Of a DNA stretch of 64,000 nucleotides, positions 1 through 13,495 are shown in pieces. The notes under the pieces are model-generated. The model was not told the DNA's origin. It made no database searches and saw only the letters and a program-made list of their open reading frames with translations. Source of the DNA: Euglena gracilis. Taxonomy: Eukaryota. Position numbers and translations under genes: made by a program. Every line of letters starts with the position of its first letter. The first letter of the stretch is position 1. The stretch spans positions 48,029,847 through 48,093,846 of the forward strand of contig CP154954.1 of assembly GCA_039621445.1 (NCBI GenBank). Direction: 5' to 3'.

Positions 1-6
1 CCAAAG

Positions 7-1322
7 CTAAACCATTGTGGGCGAAGGGCTGGCTGGCCGACCCGTACAGGCCGCCAGCTCCCGGGCGTGCGCCGCCACCTCCGCCTCACCATCGCGGACC
101 TTCGCCTCCAGGGCCCCGATTTCCTTCGCCAACGTTCTCTCCTTCACCACCGCCAGCTCCTTCAACTGGAAGCCAGTGCTCTCCCAGAGTCCACGTCACG
201 TGACAAACGGCACACGGCGCGCGTGGAATTCACCGCCTGTTGCTCATCATTCCACGGACGACGTTTGTCCATTGAAAGAAAAAGGGAACTGGCGTTTCAA
301 CACAAATCGGCCTGCCGCGTGGGAGGAAAGCCACACAGCTTCCACTTCGCACTCGCCACGCAGGCAGACAACCTATACCACCAATTATACCACCAATATA
401 CAATTGTATACACAATTGAATATTGTATATACAGTTGTATTTCCAATATGTGTGTATATAAATTATAATACAATGCATATAATTGTAATATGTATGGCAG
501 CGAGATTCCACTTGGCCCCCCTGGGGGGGCCAAGTAGAATCTCCAGGGGGGGGGGTTCGCGAAAAATTTTGCGTTATGAATGGAATGGGGTTAGGGTTTG
601 GAGTTCAGCCTAACTTTAGGCCTAACTTATGGACGGGTGTTAGGTGTACAAGTCAGGCCTAAAGTTAGGTGGAACTCCTAACCCTAACCCTACTCCATCA
701 TAACGCAAAAAGAAATTTGGACCACCCTGGAGATTCTACTTGGCCCCCCGGGGGGGAGGGGGGGTCAAGTAGAATCTCGCTGCCAATCTCGCTGCTGTGT
801 GTATATGCATATACATACATACATACATACACAGAGAAACATATTGAATATACAATTGGTGTGTGGACCCCCAGCAGACAGCTGGGGGGCTGGCGGCGCG
901 GCCGTGGCAGGATCGGCATCGCCAGCCCTGGCTCCGCCGCCACGCCCGCGTCGCGCTGCAGCCGCTGCAGGGCGGACCGCAGGTCGCGGCACTCCTCCTC
1001 CGCCTGGCGCAGCGCCGCCGCCGGCCGCTCCCCTCGCCGCGCCGCTGCCTCCCGGTCCGCCGCCGCCGCCGCCGCGACGCCCTGTGCCGCGCTCTGCCAC
1101 TGCAGCGTGTGGTGGGCGGCGAGGGCCTCCGCGGAGGCGACGGCGTCCGGCAGGGGCGGTGGGGCCGGTGCGGTGGGGGGGCGGGAGAGGGCGGCGCGCG
1201 GGGCGGTTTGTGGTGATGGACGGGGTGACTGCGAACACAAAAAAAATCAAATCATGCCAAAAAATAAAATAAAAGTTTGTTTAACTGTTTGCTTGCGTCT
1301 TAATTTATTTGCCTGTTTGTCG

Positions 1323-1383
<61 letters not shown>

Positions 1384-4300
1384 CTTTTTTGTATGTCTGT
1401 CTGTTTGGTTGCTTGTTTGTTTGCTTGTTTGTCTGTTTGTCTGTTTGATATTGCTTTTCTTCCTTCCGAGGGGAATCAGGACACGAGGGCAGCAAGTGCC
1501 CATGGCAAACAGACCCGTGGCTGGCCCAGGCCGGGGTGGCGCCTTCGTCGTCGGTCTGCGGCGCGGCCTCTGGAGGCCCCGCCGCCCCCGGGGTCTGCCG
1601 CCCCCCGCGGCTGACGGACCGCCGGAAGTCGGCGGCGTCCCGGCCGCACTGCTCCAGCTTCCGCTGCAGCGCGTCGAGCTCGGGCCATACCAATGCTTTG
1701 CTGACAGCCTCCCGAGGAGTGTCCTGGTGAAAACTTCAGTCAGACCGACCCTGCCACCACCAGGCCTCTTTTCACCAACGCCAAGGTCGGTGGGGGGGGT
1801 GCCTTGTTCTAAGGGGAGGAGGCAGGTAGCTGTACGCGACTTTTTGCCAAGACAAAAAATTCCAGTTTTGCAGAAAAACGAAGAAGCTTGTATAATTTTG
1901 CTACAAGTACATCATTCAGAACATTAATTTTTTTCAAAATACTATGGCATAATCTCTGATGTGCGAGGCTGCAAATTAATCAGCAATGCACGTGGATCAC
2001 TGGCGTGCTGATAATTCTGATCATTTTCAGTGCATATACACCTTCCCTGGCTTGAGGGAAGAAAGAAACTTGGGATTGAGGCGAATTATTACTATTGGTG
2101 TGGTTCGAGCAACACAAACACGTACAGTGTGGGAATGCTATGGGGAGTACTGCAGTACTCTCACTGGCAAAAACAATGTCCCTCAACTTCTCCATTTTAA
2201 ACAATCGGGGACTTTGGCAGTCCCTGGCCATAACTCAAGCAACCAAACTAAAATAAAAAAAAGCGGTTTCCTCAATAAGAGATGAAAACTTCCTTGAGGG
2301 TGAACATATTCTGATCAACATTTCTGTACATTTTTGTGTGTGATTTACGTGGTTTGGTGTCCTGTTACACGATTTGGCATGATTTTACTGAAAAGAACTG
2401 TTTTACCAAAACAAGGCCAATTCGTGATAGTGCGTGATCCATTCTACATGATTGTGTACACAATTTCAGTTATTCTTTGTGAAAAGATTGTTCATGTGTG
2501 AAAAGATTGTTCATGTGTGAAAAGATTGTTCATGTGTGAAACGATTGTTCATGTGTGAAAAGATTGTTCATGTGTGAAACGATTGTTCATGTGGCCAAGC
2601 GTGATAATTCAGGTGATTCCACTTGCCACGTTGTTGTGGACCTGCGCAATTCCCCGCGGCATAGGGCAGGCCCCCGGCAAGCAATCGTCTGGCTCTGAGG
2701 CCAACGCCGCATTCTGCTCCGTGGTCACCGCCAGGTGGCGCAACAGGTGCTCCGTGTCGCCGGGGGAGCCCTTGCCCGGGCCGGGGCCTGTGAGTGGCAG
2801 CCCAGGTGGACAGCGACCTTCCATCCCGATTCATACACAATAAACATGTTTGATTGCTTTTCATTTTTTGGAGGCAGGTGGAGGCTGCAGTCCACATACG
2901 GAGATGCCCCTTCAGACGCTGCCTCGGCTGACATTGTTGGGCCGATACCGCAAAATCAGCAGCCGCAAAATGCCCAAGATCGTGAAGCCGCCACTTGCCC
3001 AAGGTGCTTTAAAGAAAGGCAATACTGAATGAAGGGGGAGGGGAGGATGGGTCTGAAATTCTCTGGCACAAAGCATTGAGGAAGAGGAAAACTTTTTCTT
3101 TTGATTCTCGTCCAACCCCTGCCCAGGACCCAGTGCCCTGGGGGGGGGGGGCTCAGACCACACCAACCACACCAACCACACAAGGTGTGAGTGTATGTCC
3201 CTACAGCGCTGGAATTACACCAGAGTTGCTCGCCCGGCCAGGCGGAGCAACAAAAGAGTGGTGTAAGGGGTACCTGGCCACTCACCACACAGCAAGCTGG
3301 GCCAGAAGCGAAGTTAGCGCCGGCCATAAGCAGACAAGAAGCCTTTGTGCAACTAAGGGGGCTCAGCTCAGGAGTGAGAGGTTGTCTGCAGACAGGGGGG
3401 GGGTCACAAATGCACTACAATGATGACCTCGGCGGAAAGAGGGCACCACACCGGGTGTTGCATTTTGAATGAGATGGCCGTCGACAGAGATGTCGGGAGT
3501 GAACAGTTGGCTCTGTGGCAGGGGGCCAGCTTCTTGGCAAAATGCCGTGAAACCATTTGTTTGTTTGAAGCAAAACAAGGGATTCACAAATGAATTAAAA
3601 AAAATCACCGAAATCACACATCAGTCCACATGTCATATTCCATTTTCGTTGAGCCTGGTTCAGTGGACATAAAAAGGAAGTGATCCACAAAATATGTATG
3701 TATAAGGGTGGCGAATTTTCCCACAAAGTTTCAAGTTCCCTGGGTTGAATGCGGTCTGCTGAGTGATGTTCACCAAGAGAGGCGTGCTGGATGCCTGAAA
3801 CGATTTCAAATGTCAAACAACACATACATGGCCTTCAACACATTCTGGAACGTGCTTTTTTCAAAGACCAGGTGGATTCGATCAAAGAGTGAAGGCCTCG
3901 AGGCCTTTATGTCATGAAGTGAGGCAAGACCATTTAAAAGAGTTGTTAAACTTAACAAATTGGCAGCACAGCCAAAGGGACTCAATTCAAAATTCAAACA
4001 GCTGTAATCAGTTGTGGATTTCCCAATGCTTTAATCTCAATAACTCCCACCACAAATCAAATTCAGCTCACCTCCAACTATTGCACTCTGGACAAGTGAC
4101 GGCAAAGGAAAATTGTCCTTTTTTCCCTTTGGAAGACTTCCTGTCATGTCTTCTGTGTTACGTACCACCTTTGTGAGGAGCTTCAAGATGTCGGACTGCA
4201 AGCACAAAGAGAATGGGTGCATTGAGTAGGTTCGAATTCAAAACACACCAGGCGGAAAGGCAGAATGAAATATCCAGATGTGAATTCCTTGCAATACAGT

Positions 4301-6812
4301 TTGAGATAAATGCATTATTTGCTTTCGCAAAATATTCATTTCTGGACATTTTCCAATCCTGAGTCATTTTTGGTTCCCACACATCGCCCAGAGGGGATAT
4401 TGTTTGTGATCCTTTCCAAATGGGCAGCTGAAGCAACTTTACCTGTAAAACCCTCACACGACCCAGTGTGCATCCCACACCAGCAAGAAAACGAAGCAGA
4501 AGGTTCTCCATGGTGCCTTGCAGCCGTTCGACCTGCCCTCCGCGGCATCTCCGGGCCACACTTTTCCTCAGGTGAGTCAGCTCAAAATTGATTACCAACA
4601 CCGAAACACAAAACTCCTTCAAATGGTAGGGTTCGGTCTCGAACTTAATTCTCCAAAGCAGCCACCTGTGTTTTCGGGATTCACACGGGAGATCCGGACA
4701 AATGCGGAGAATGGAAAGCCCACTCCCACTCTTGGGTTAGGGTTAGGCTTTTTTTTTAAGACCCCTGGGGGTCCCGCCCCACCCACCCAGTCCGGCGCGG
4801 GACCCCCCCCCCCCGGGCCGTCTGAGGGCATTTCCCCCCAAAAAAATCGGCACTTCCCGCCGAAACCCATCCCCCGGACTCTGGCCCAGGACCTCCCCAA
4901 GGAGGGGGGGGGGTCGGCCTTGGTCAGTGTTTGGGCTATTTGAAAAGGATAGGGCGAGGGTCAGGGTTCGGGAATAGGGCTAGGGTTAGGATTTAGGTTA
5001 GGCTTAAATGAAGGCAAAAATTGGGCGGAATTCAAATTTAAAGTTTGGCCGATTTCGGCCCAACTTCCTGACTTGGGGCCTAACCCTTACCCTAATCCCC
5101 TTTCTTAACGAAAATTGTAACCGTATCCTACTCCTAAGAATAAGATTTTTTCCACACACACACACACACACACACGTACATTGTAGACACTTTTTCTGGG
5201 TAGACACCATCTGCATTAAACCCCCCTGAATAGAAGCCCCCGGGGGCTACCATTCGGAACGTTGGTCGAAAACCGAGGGGGGGGGGTGCTTCTATTCGGG
5301 GGGAGGGGGGGCACTATTCGGAAAAGTGGTCGAGAACCAGAAGGTCCGAGAATTATCGAAGAACTTTCTTTGTGGGTCTACATGTCCCACCTTTCCAACC
5401 CATGTCAAATTTGCTGCAAATATTACTCTTGTGGATGCATTGGATCATTAAACATAAAACCACCCAACGCTCATTTAACCAATGGCTGCCCCCTCGGTTT
5501 TCGACCAACGTTCCGAATAGTGCCCCCCCCCCCCCCCAAATAGGGCGCTCTCCGAGAGTTGTTGCTCAATTGAGACGGCAAGTGCTTGCTTTGGCTGCTT
5601 CGGGGGGCTTCTATTCGGGGGGCACTGTTCGGGGGGGGGGGGCTTCTATTCAGGGGGGAGGGTTAAAAAAATGCAATATTGAGGAAAATAGAAGATTACA
5701 GTGGGAAGAGATAAATGGGCGATTTTGGAGACAGTTGGAAAATACTTTGAGAAAAACAGTTGACAAATTGAGAAAAATTGGAAAAATCGATCTCGCAGGT
5801 CGCTTCTTTCCACAACCTGCTGTCAGGCTTTTACCCCGGGGTCCCAGGGGCAGGGACCCCGGGGGGGGGGGGCAGGAACCCCGGGAGGGGGGGGGGGGGA
5901 GGGACCCCCCCAAAAAAATCAGGCCATTTCCCAAAAACCCCAAGAAAATTGCCGAAACCCAAACCCAGAACCCGGATCCACCCACCAACCAACCCAACCC
6001 CAGGGGGTCTGACTTAAAAAGAAGCCTGCCTGCCGTTTGTGTCTGATCAGCCGTACCACAATTGCATGTGCACAAAGAAAGAAATGGTGTGTTCATCACC
6101 TCCTCTACCATCTCAACTGCAGTGGAGAATTCTGCCCGACATTGTGCCCACCGCTGCAGCTGGGTTCGCTCCCGATCCAAAGCAGCAGCCAAGCGAGCAG
6201 ACAGTGCAGCATTCTCATCTTCAAGCTGCTCATTGAACACTGGCGCTCGTTTGGTAACTTGGGGCGTCACTTAATGAATTTCCAGATTGTGATTGCTTTG
6301 TCTCAAGAATTTGCCCTTCCTCGGGATCAATGTGAATTGAACTTTGAAATTCAGTTATTTGGGGAAACAGGGCAAAGACTTGCAGATCAAAATCATTTTG
6401 GGTGAGGAAATTTGCAGCGAAGTTGAATTAAAATTGACAAAATAAAGCCAGCGAGCACCAGGAAACGTGATTTCAATGCATCACCTCGTTTTCGCAGCCG
6501 TTTTGTCTCGCGAGCCTGGCCCTCCAGCTCCAGCAGCATTTCATGCAGCTGTCGGGCGCGACTGCGGAGGTGTGACCCTTTGGAAGGGTCGGCCTGGGAG
6601 AGAAAATGATGGAGGGGCGGAAAAGGAAAGCGACTGGGGGAAGGGGGATCTTTCAAGGGAGAAAAGCAGTACACCTCAGCGCCGGTCTCCAACACCTCGT
6701 CATCCCAATCCACCCCACGTGTTTGCTGTCCATCATGAATGCCCTCCAGAAAGATGGCTTCCCGGGGCGAACCTACGGGGTAGAACTGTCTCGAATCATC
6801 GACTGCGTCCAT
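7..6812 (-). CDS. Multi-exon host gene, predicted coiled-coil protein of unknown function
   Basis: Phase-compatible GT-AG exons 6812-6485 (MDAVDDSRQF...RKR), 6239-6100 (FNEQLEDENAALSARL...VEE) and 4580-4481 (LTHLRKSV...LRFLA). Further probable GC-rich exons near 2820-2610, 2230-2040, 1723-1510 (ELDALQRKLEQC), 1228-870 (AEEECRDLRSALQRLQR) and 165-7 (LKELAVVKERTLAKEIGALEAKV...TMV*). Middle exon boundaries are uncertain. Confidence 0.6.
495..785. mobile_element. Foldback MITE in intron
   Basis: Ends TGGCAGCGAGATTC(C/T)ACTTG are inverted repeats. Almost the whole 290 bp is self-complementary and includes TTAGGG/CCCTAA-like arms. Confidence 0.75.
1310..1446. repeat. (TGTC)n/(TTTG)n microsatellite
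   Basis: Direct reading. Confidence 0.95.
2478..2593. repeat. 19-bp tandem repeat, 6 copies (GTGAAAAGATTGTTCATGT)
   Basis: Direct reading, period 19. Confidence 0.95.
3157..3356 (+). mobile_element. Short retroposon-like insert, copy 1
   Basis: Last ~85 bp shared with 7122-7209. Flanked by ~10 bp direct repeat GGGGGCTCAG. Confidence 0.55.
5219..5664. mobile_element. Tc1/mariner-pogo-like MITE
   Basis: TIR CCCCCCTGAATAGAAGCCCCC / GGGGGCTTCTATTCAGGGGGG with AT-rich flanks. Confidence 0.7.
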
Positions 6813-7121
6813 GGGCGAGGTGCGATGGGCACCCGCACGATGTAAGAACGACGTCGGCTGCTCCGCCAAATGCACCGGTGGCCGCACCGCATAGATATGG
6901 GATGCTGAAACTGGTGGAGTGAACAGTTTAGATTCTCATCACTGACTCATAGCATAGGGAGGGGGAGGTGCTTTCCCCCAAGGAAGAAGAACCAACTTTC
7001 ACAAATTAACCTGGGAAAATTACAATTTGCAGGGAGGGCAGGGAAGGTGGGGTTTCAAAAAAGAGGTTGGATGGGTTTGCGCCTTCCTCCTCCAGGGATT
7101 TTATTAAGATCGGGGGGGAGG

Positions 7122-7209
7122 GGGGGCTGGCCACTCACCACACAGCAAGCTGGGCCAGAAGCGAAGTTAGCGCCGGCCATAAACAGACAAGGCGCCTTAG
7201 TGCAACTAA
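7122..7209 (+). mobile_element. Short retroposon-like insert, copy 2 (shorter)
   Basis: Same 3' end ...TGCAACTAA as 3157-3356. Flanked by GGGGGGGAGG direct repeat. Confidence 0.55.
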
Positions 7210-8414
7210 GGGGGGGGGAGGTCCTCCACCCACCCATCCCTTGGGGGGGGCCGGGGTGTCCCAGGGTGCCCACTAACTTTTCCCCGAAAATGGTCAAAAA
7301 AAATGCCCAAATGCTGAAAAATAGAACCTTTTTCAAAAATTTCCGAAAAGTATATCCCACCCCCCCCCTGCCTCCCTGACGGTTTACAAGAGCACGTCTT
7401 TGGAAAAGTGATCAAAATGACGGTTTTTTGAAGTTTTTTGATAAAAGGTCAAGACCATCGGTATGAAAACAGTCATTTCGGAGAGAAAAAAGAACAAAAT
7501 CTCACACGGCAAGATTTGATGGTGAACTTCACTGGTGAAATTCACCGGCCGAGGGCATGGTGGGATGAACGTCTTTCTTTTCCTGAAGAAATTGCTTGAT
7601 GCCAACCATTGGGGGCCATGGGGGCAGGCCAGGCATGTACAGTATTAGCCAAGATTGCATCATTGAAATGTGCTTCAAGGTCATGTTCATCCCTTCAAGG
7701 TCATGTTCATCGTTGGTGGAGGCTGCATTTTTGCCCATTTGAAGTCATTTTCGCCAATTTTTGTCAATTTTGCCAATTTTGGATTTTTTTTTAACAATTC
7801 TGACCGTCTTGGACTATTTCTGGGTCATTCTATGGTCACAGTGAAGTGAAGGATTTCATCAAAAAAAAAGTCTTCAAATGACCAAAAATTGCACAACTGG
7901 TGTTGCATTTTCAACGAATTGGAAAATTTTATCTTAGAAATGGGCGATAGTGGATGCAAAAAAAAACCTCAATTTTTGTGTGAAACGGTTTCAAGTGGCC
8001 AAAAATTGCCCAAAGAGACGTCTATTGTAGAATTCAAAAGATAATTTAAAATGAATGGCCGAAATAAAGATTCGGTAACGCAACGTGTAAAGCACAATGT
8101 AGCTGACATCAAATTCAAAAAAAAAAGTTGTACGGTGGTTTAAAAAAAAAATGGCCTAAGCACCCAAGCACTCAAGGATTCATTTCACCGATTTTTTTAT
8201 TAAAAAAAAACATTAGCCTGAGTCTGTTTTTATAGGACAGTTCTGGAGTAGTGAATGTGGGGAAAAGTTCTTTCCATGCCATCTTATTTTTTAAAACTAA
8301 TTAATTAAAAAATTGCCTTTCTGCATCTTTTGATTTTAGGCGAAACAAAATGAATTTTCTTTGCAATTGACCCAAAAAAATGCTCAAAAAATGACGTAGA
8401 CTGGGGGGAGTGGG

Positions 8415-8593
8415 TACCCCCCCCCTTATTGTCCCACCGACCTGCCCCCGGGAGGCCCGATCGGACAATAAGGGGGGGGGGGACAATAAGGGGGTATCAA
8501 AGGAATTTCATTGGCCGGGCCAAAAAATCCCCCGTCGGCCGGGGCCCAGGGACAATAAGGGGGGGGGACAATAAGGGGGGGGGGGGGGGTGGT
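8415..8593. mobile_element. pogo/Tigger-like ~180 bp MITE (other copies 37130-37315, 51384-51567, 56425-56603)
   Basis: Four similar copies with TIR CCACCCCCCCCTTATTGTCC. TA on both sides at 51384/51566 and 56425/56602. Confidence 0.8.
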
Positions 8594-10498
8594 CAGCCGC
8601 TCCCCAATTGGTTAGCCGACCAGGATTGGTCGGCAGCTAATTGACAAGATGGGGGGGGGGGGTAAATGCAGAAAAATAGTCAATTTCAAGCAACAGTTGC
8701 CAAAATAACTTTTTTCAAAACGTTCGAAAACGTCAATTAAAAAAAAACAGAAATCAAACCAATTTTTTTGTGTGTTCTTCATTAAAAAAGTTCTCTGGCA
8801 GTGAGCTATTCTGTGGGAATAGCTCGGGGGGGGATTGGTTTGGGGGGGGGGGGGCATGGTATGTAATTTGTCAAAAGTTTGGTCTTTGGGAAAAAGTTGT
8901 CCAAAGTGTGGAAGTTTCCAAGCCAGAAAAACATTCCAAGCAAAAATCATAAAATTTCCAAGGAAAGAACACAAAACAAACAAAACAAAAAAATCCCAAT
9001 CGAAAAGCTCAAAAAAAAGGTGCATTTGCGTTTCCCCCATGTTTTAACAACCTTTCCATTCTCAAGCCAAGGTTGTCTTGGCCACTTGATAACTAGGGAA
9101 CAAATTGTCCACCCCGCCCTCCGTTATTGTCCTTGGGCCACAGGGAATTCAGGATTCTTTTAGCCACACCTTTGTTTTCCCCTCATTGTCCGTTTTGGGG
9201 TACCGGAGGCAGTCAGCTCCCCCCCTTACCATCCCCCCCCTAAATGACCCCCCTCTTGTCCCGGCCGGGACCTCAGATGGTCACTTAGGGGGGGGGGGTC
9301 ATTTAGGGGGGTCGAGAAAAAGGGTCTGGGATACACTGGCTTGATTGGAACTGCTTCCTCACTTGCAATTGACACACCTCGTCGAGCATCAAACATATTT
9401 GCAGACGTCATAGCTGATGGATGTCACAAAAAACCACTGTTTCATGTCAAGAGGGACCCATTGTGTAATGAAAAATACACTGCAAACAAAACAAACTTGT
9501 TTTCAACATTCATCATCCGGTAATCAACTAACAGGTCCAGGTCTGAATTCTGGCCAATTTGAAAAAGCAGTTGATGAAAGCAAGGTTGTTTTGATAAATC
9601 GATATTTTCGATTAATCGTTCGCCGCGGCTCACCGACAGAGCCTGGGGTCCTGTTGAGTCGACCGACAAGTCGGTGGTGCGTGGGGGTCCTGTTGATAAA
9701 AAGTCACCCGACTAGTCGGCCGACTAATTTTTGAGTTGACCGACTAGTCGGCCGACTCAACAGTCTAATGTAGTTTTAAAAGGTGTGTTTGCAACAGAGA
9801 AGGGTGGGTGTCCTTGGGTATGTCGAGAGCCGACAAAGACAATTTGTGTGGACACACTGATTCATTCTTGATTCCCTTGTGCTAATCCCTTTTGTTTCTC
9901 AACTCCTCGAGGGCCCCAAAATAACAAAACCCCTTGTGCTACCGATGCGTTTTGGGGGGAATTTCTTTTGTTTCTCAACAGAATAACAAAACCCTTGTGG
10001 CACTGAGTCGTTTGGAGTCCAATCCCTTTTGTTTCTCCATTTCTCGGCACAGTGCGTGGAACATATGCAGCATGGGATATTTTGTTGTCCTGCATGATCA
10101 AGAACTCAATTTTGACCCAAGGCATGGCAAGCTTTTACCCACCGACCCTGAATGACACCCCCCCCATATGGACATTAGACTACCATGCCCCCCCATATAA
10201 GACCCCCCCCCTCGGCCTCGGGAGCCAAAATCCCAAGGGAGGGGTCTTATATGGGGGGGGGGTCGGTCCCGGCCAAAGGGCCGGCCTTCGGCAGGGGGGG
10301 GGTCTTTATGGGGGGGGTCTAATATGGGGGGCATAGTATTGAGTCAACCGACTAGTCGACCGACTCCATTGTTGAGTCGGTCGACTGGTCAGTCGCCTAA
10401 CGTGACCCCTATGACACCCCCCCTTAATAGTCGAGGGGGGCGACAATTGGGGGGGGGGGGTGTCTATCCCATGGACATGCAGGGCAAATTGAGTAACC

Positions 10499-12706
10499 AG
10501 GTTTGAAAAGTGATGAGCTCTTAATGGGACCTGCACGTAAGGGAAGGCTGAAAAGACTAGCATTGCAAATTTCGCGTAATTTATAATTTACAAATTGCAC
10601 ACTTGCAATTTACGGTAACTTTAATAATTTTTCAGTAACCCCGGCCATACACCCAGTACCCAATTTATTGGATTCTTTGGACTTTTTTGACCCGTCATTA
10701 ACCCAAACTCCATGGGTTTCGGGCCAAAACCAGAGCGCAGGGGGGTCGAAAAACACTCATTTTCAGCTCAAAAACAGTTTTTCCGAGTCTGGGAGGCAAA
10801 AAAACATCGTTTCGGGCAAAAAAAAATTCGATTTTTTTTCGACTTTTTTGACCCGTTTTTTACCCAAACTCCATGGGTTTCGGGCCAAAAACACGGCGCT
10901 GGGGGGTCGAAAAACGCTCATTTTGGGCTCAAAAACAGGTTTTCCGGGTCCGGGAGGCTAAAAAACATGGTTTCGGGCAAAATAAATTTGATTTTTTGTA
11001 CTTTTTTTTTACCCATAATGACCGAAAACGGCTACCATGACTCCCCCCAATCAAATCGAAATGTTGTTCAAAATCAAAATCTAATCAAAATGTTTTTTCC
11101 CGCCCCCCCCCCAAGTGACCCCCCCCCCCTAAAAGCCCGGGGTTGTTGGGGTCGCAGGGGGGGGGGTCGCGGGGGGGAAATGGGTTTTGCGGCAGGTCAT
11201 GCGTGACTTGCTTGACGTCATTCCTTCATCAAATTTTAGACCCCAATTAAGAATTTGTGTGCTATTTGGGTCCAAAACTGGATCGATCCAAAGAATTTGG
11301 ACGAATTTTTTGCATTTTGATTCCTTATTGAGTGGCATATTCCTAATTGATGTGAATTTTTTGTACCTTTTGGAATCATGAATCGGGTTCAGAGTGGGGT
11401 CGCATGGGGGTCGCGGGAGGGGGGGTCGTAGGGGGGTTCGCAAGGGAAACACCCCCTAGGACAAAAGGGGGGTCATTTAGGGGGGGTCATGGGGTCAAAA
11501 TAGGCCAAAACTGTACAACATGGCCAAAATTAGCCAAAAAACGCCTGTAACTCGGGCTAGGTGGGGAGTTGCGGGGAAATCAAAATACATTAGATAGGGC
11601 CTTCAATTCAGGTCTCCGGACCTTTCCTTTGATTCCCCACCATTTTTGAGAAATTTCAGAAAATTCAATTTTTTTGCGCCAAATGACTGCCAAAAACACC
11701 CTAAGTCACAAGCCTGCCGCGCTGTTTTGGGCCGTAAATCGGCCGAATTTCGGGCAAGGCGGGGAGTTGCGGGGAAATCAAAATACCATTAGATGGGGCG
11801 TTCCAAGGGCTTCATTTTTGCTCTCCAAACATTTCCTTTGATTTTGCTTCATTGTCGAGATATTTTGGAAACCCCGATTTTTTTTGGCCCAAAAAATGGC
11901 CCCCAAAAAAACCCAAAATGGCCGTTTTGGGCCGCAAAAGTGCACCGGAGCACGGGCCAGCATAGTTGGCAGCTTGTTTTTTTTGGACGCCGTTTTTTCT
12001 TTTTCAAATTTTAACAATTTTTTTAAAAAAAAACACCCACGAGGTTTTGCATGGAAAAACTTTGACTACATATTTTCAATTATTTTTGGCAACTTCTAGG
12101 TCATTTCTGCCAAAAAATTCTTACCACAAAAAATGAAGAAAAAAATTGAAAATGAGGAGAGGTGTTCTTTTGCCAAAAGTGGCCCAAAATGGACATTTTC
12201 CCCCAATTTTTTGCATATTCACCCCCAATTGAGGGGTTGTAGAGCCATTTGGGTGGGTTTTGACTGGTGTTGAGGTGATTTGTACAAAAAAAATTCAGGG
12301 AGGGGCTTAAAAGTCGGCGATACTGACCCATGAGTACATTAGAGTGGGTAGTCGGGCCCATGAGTACATTAGAGTGGGTACCCCCTACCACCCCCCCCCC
12401 ACCCCCCCCACCCCGTTTCGCCGACTAGTTACCAGGCCTAGTCGGCCGACCAAATGGGTCGTCAACCGACTAGTCGGCCGACTACCCACTACCCCCCCCC
12501 CAGTCTACCATCTGGCACTCTTCGCGGGTGAGTAACTTGGGCCTGGCGGGGAGTTGGGGGTCAAACGGAGGTGATTCGGAAACTAGAAATCCAGGAACGG
12601 AGCCGGGGTCATGGTGATAATCTGCGGTTTTCACGGTCTACCCAGAGGGGGGGGGGGGGGGCGGGGGGGGGATCAACCCTTTTCCCGGGGGTAAGCTTCG
12701 CTCAAG

Positions 12707-12743
<37 letters not shown>

Positions 12744-12884
12744 AAAAAAAAAAAAAAAAAAAAATAAAAGAAAAAAAAAAAGAAAAAAAAAAAAAAAAAA
12801 AAAACAAAAAATAAAAAAAAAAAAAAAAAAAAAGAAAAAGAAAAGCTTCGCTCTTACCCATAAAGGGATAAGAGCTCAGCGACC
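10499..12884 (+). mobile_element. Family G non-autonomous element (Crypton-like ends)
   Basis: Asymmetric subterminal IR (TGAGCTCTTA / TAAGAGCTCA) and ACC at both junctions. Interrupts a MITE whose intact copy lies at 34783-34992. Homologous to 48370-49672. Confidence 0.7.
12704..12842 (+). mobile_element. Poly(A) insert with 11-bp TSD
   Basis: AAGCTTCGCTC at 12693-12703 and 12843-12853. Empty sites exist near 21650 and 48400. Confidence 0.8.
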
Positions 12885-13495
12885 CCCCCCCCTAATTGTC
12901 ACCCCCCCCCTAATTGTCACCATGGGGGTAAAAACGTTCCCTGGGGGGGTCCCATACAGAGGGGGGTCACGTTAATCAGTCCACTCGATCATTGAATCGG
13001 CCGATTCCATTGTTGATTTGACCAGTTGTTGAGTCGGTCAACCAGTCGGTCGACTAATTGGTCGGCTCAACAATTGGCAGGGGAGGGGGGACATGAACTT
13101 GACTGCCTCCTCCTTTTGTGCTTTTTCATGGGAAGACCGATTATAGTCGATTAATATCCCTCTGGCCGATTGAACGATGGAGGTTTGGCACGTCTGACGA
13201 GGACCCTCGGCCACCAGGGGGGGGGGTCCCCATTTTGCCGTGCCGAGGGGGTCACTCCCCCGGGGGGGGGGGTCCACCGTGGCGGACAGCCGGAATTTCC
13301 CAAAGGAAAATTCATTGGTATGGTTCGGCATGCTGTGCCGAGGGGGTCGGCTAATTGTGCCATGCAATCCACCTCCAACTGGTGCCTGGTTATAGTTTCA
13401 TATAAAAAAAATGTGTGAGTATCCGGGTTCTAAGCGCTGAAGGCGCTTAGAACCCAGGCTCACGGTCTCAGAACACAACGTCTCAAAAAAAAAAC

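Noticed and set aside
3275-3340. HDV-like ribozyme on the minus strand (GGCCGGC start)
   Set aside because: Only P1 can be formed; there is no room for P2/P3.
3700-4400. Possible hAT transposase relic (SKTRW motif)
   Set aside because: Many stops and only one short motif; insufficient support.
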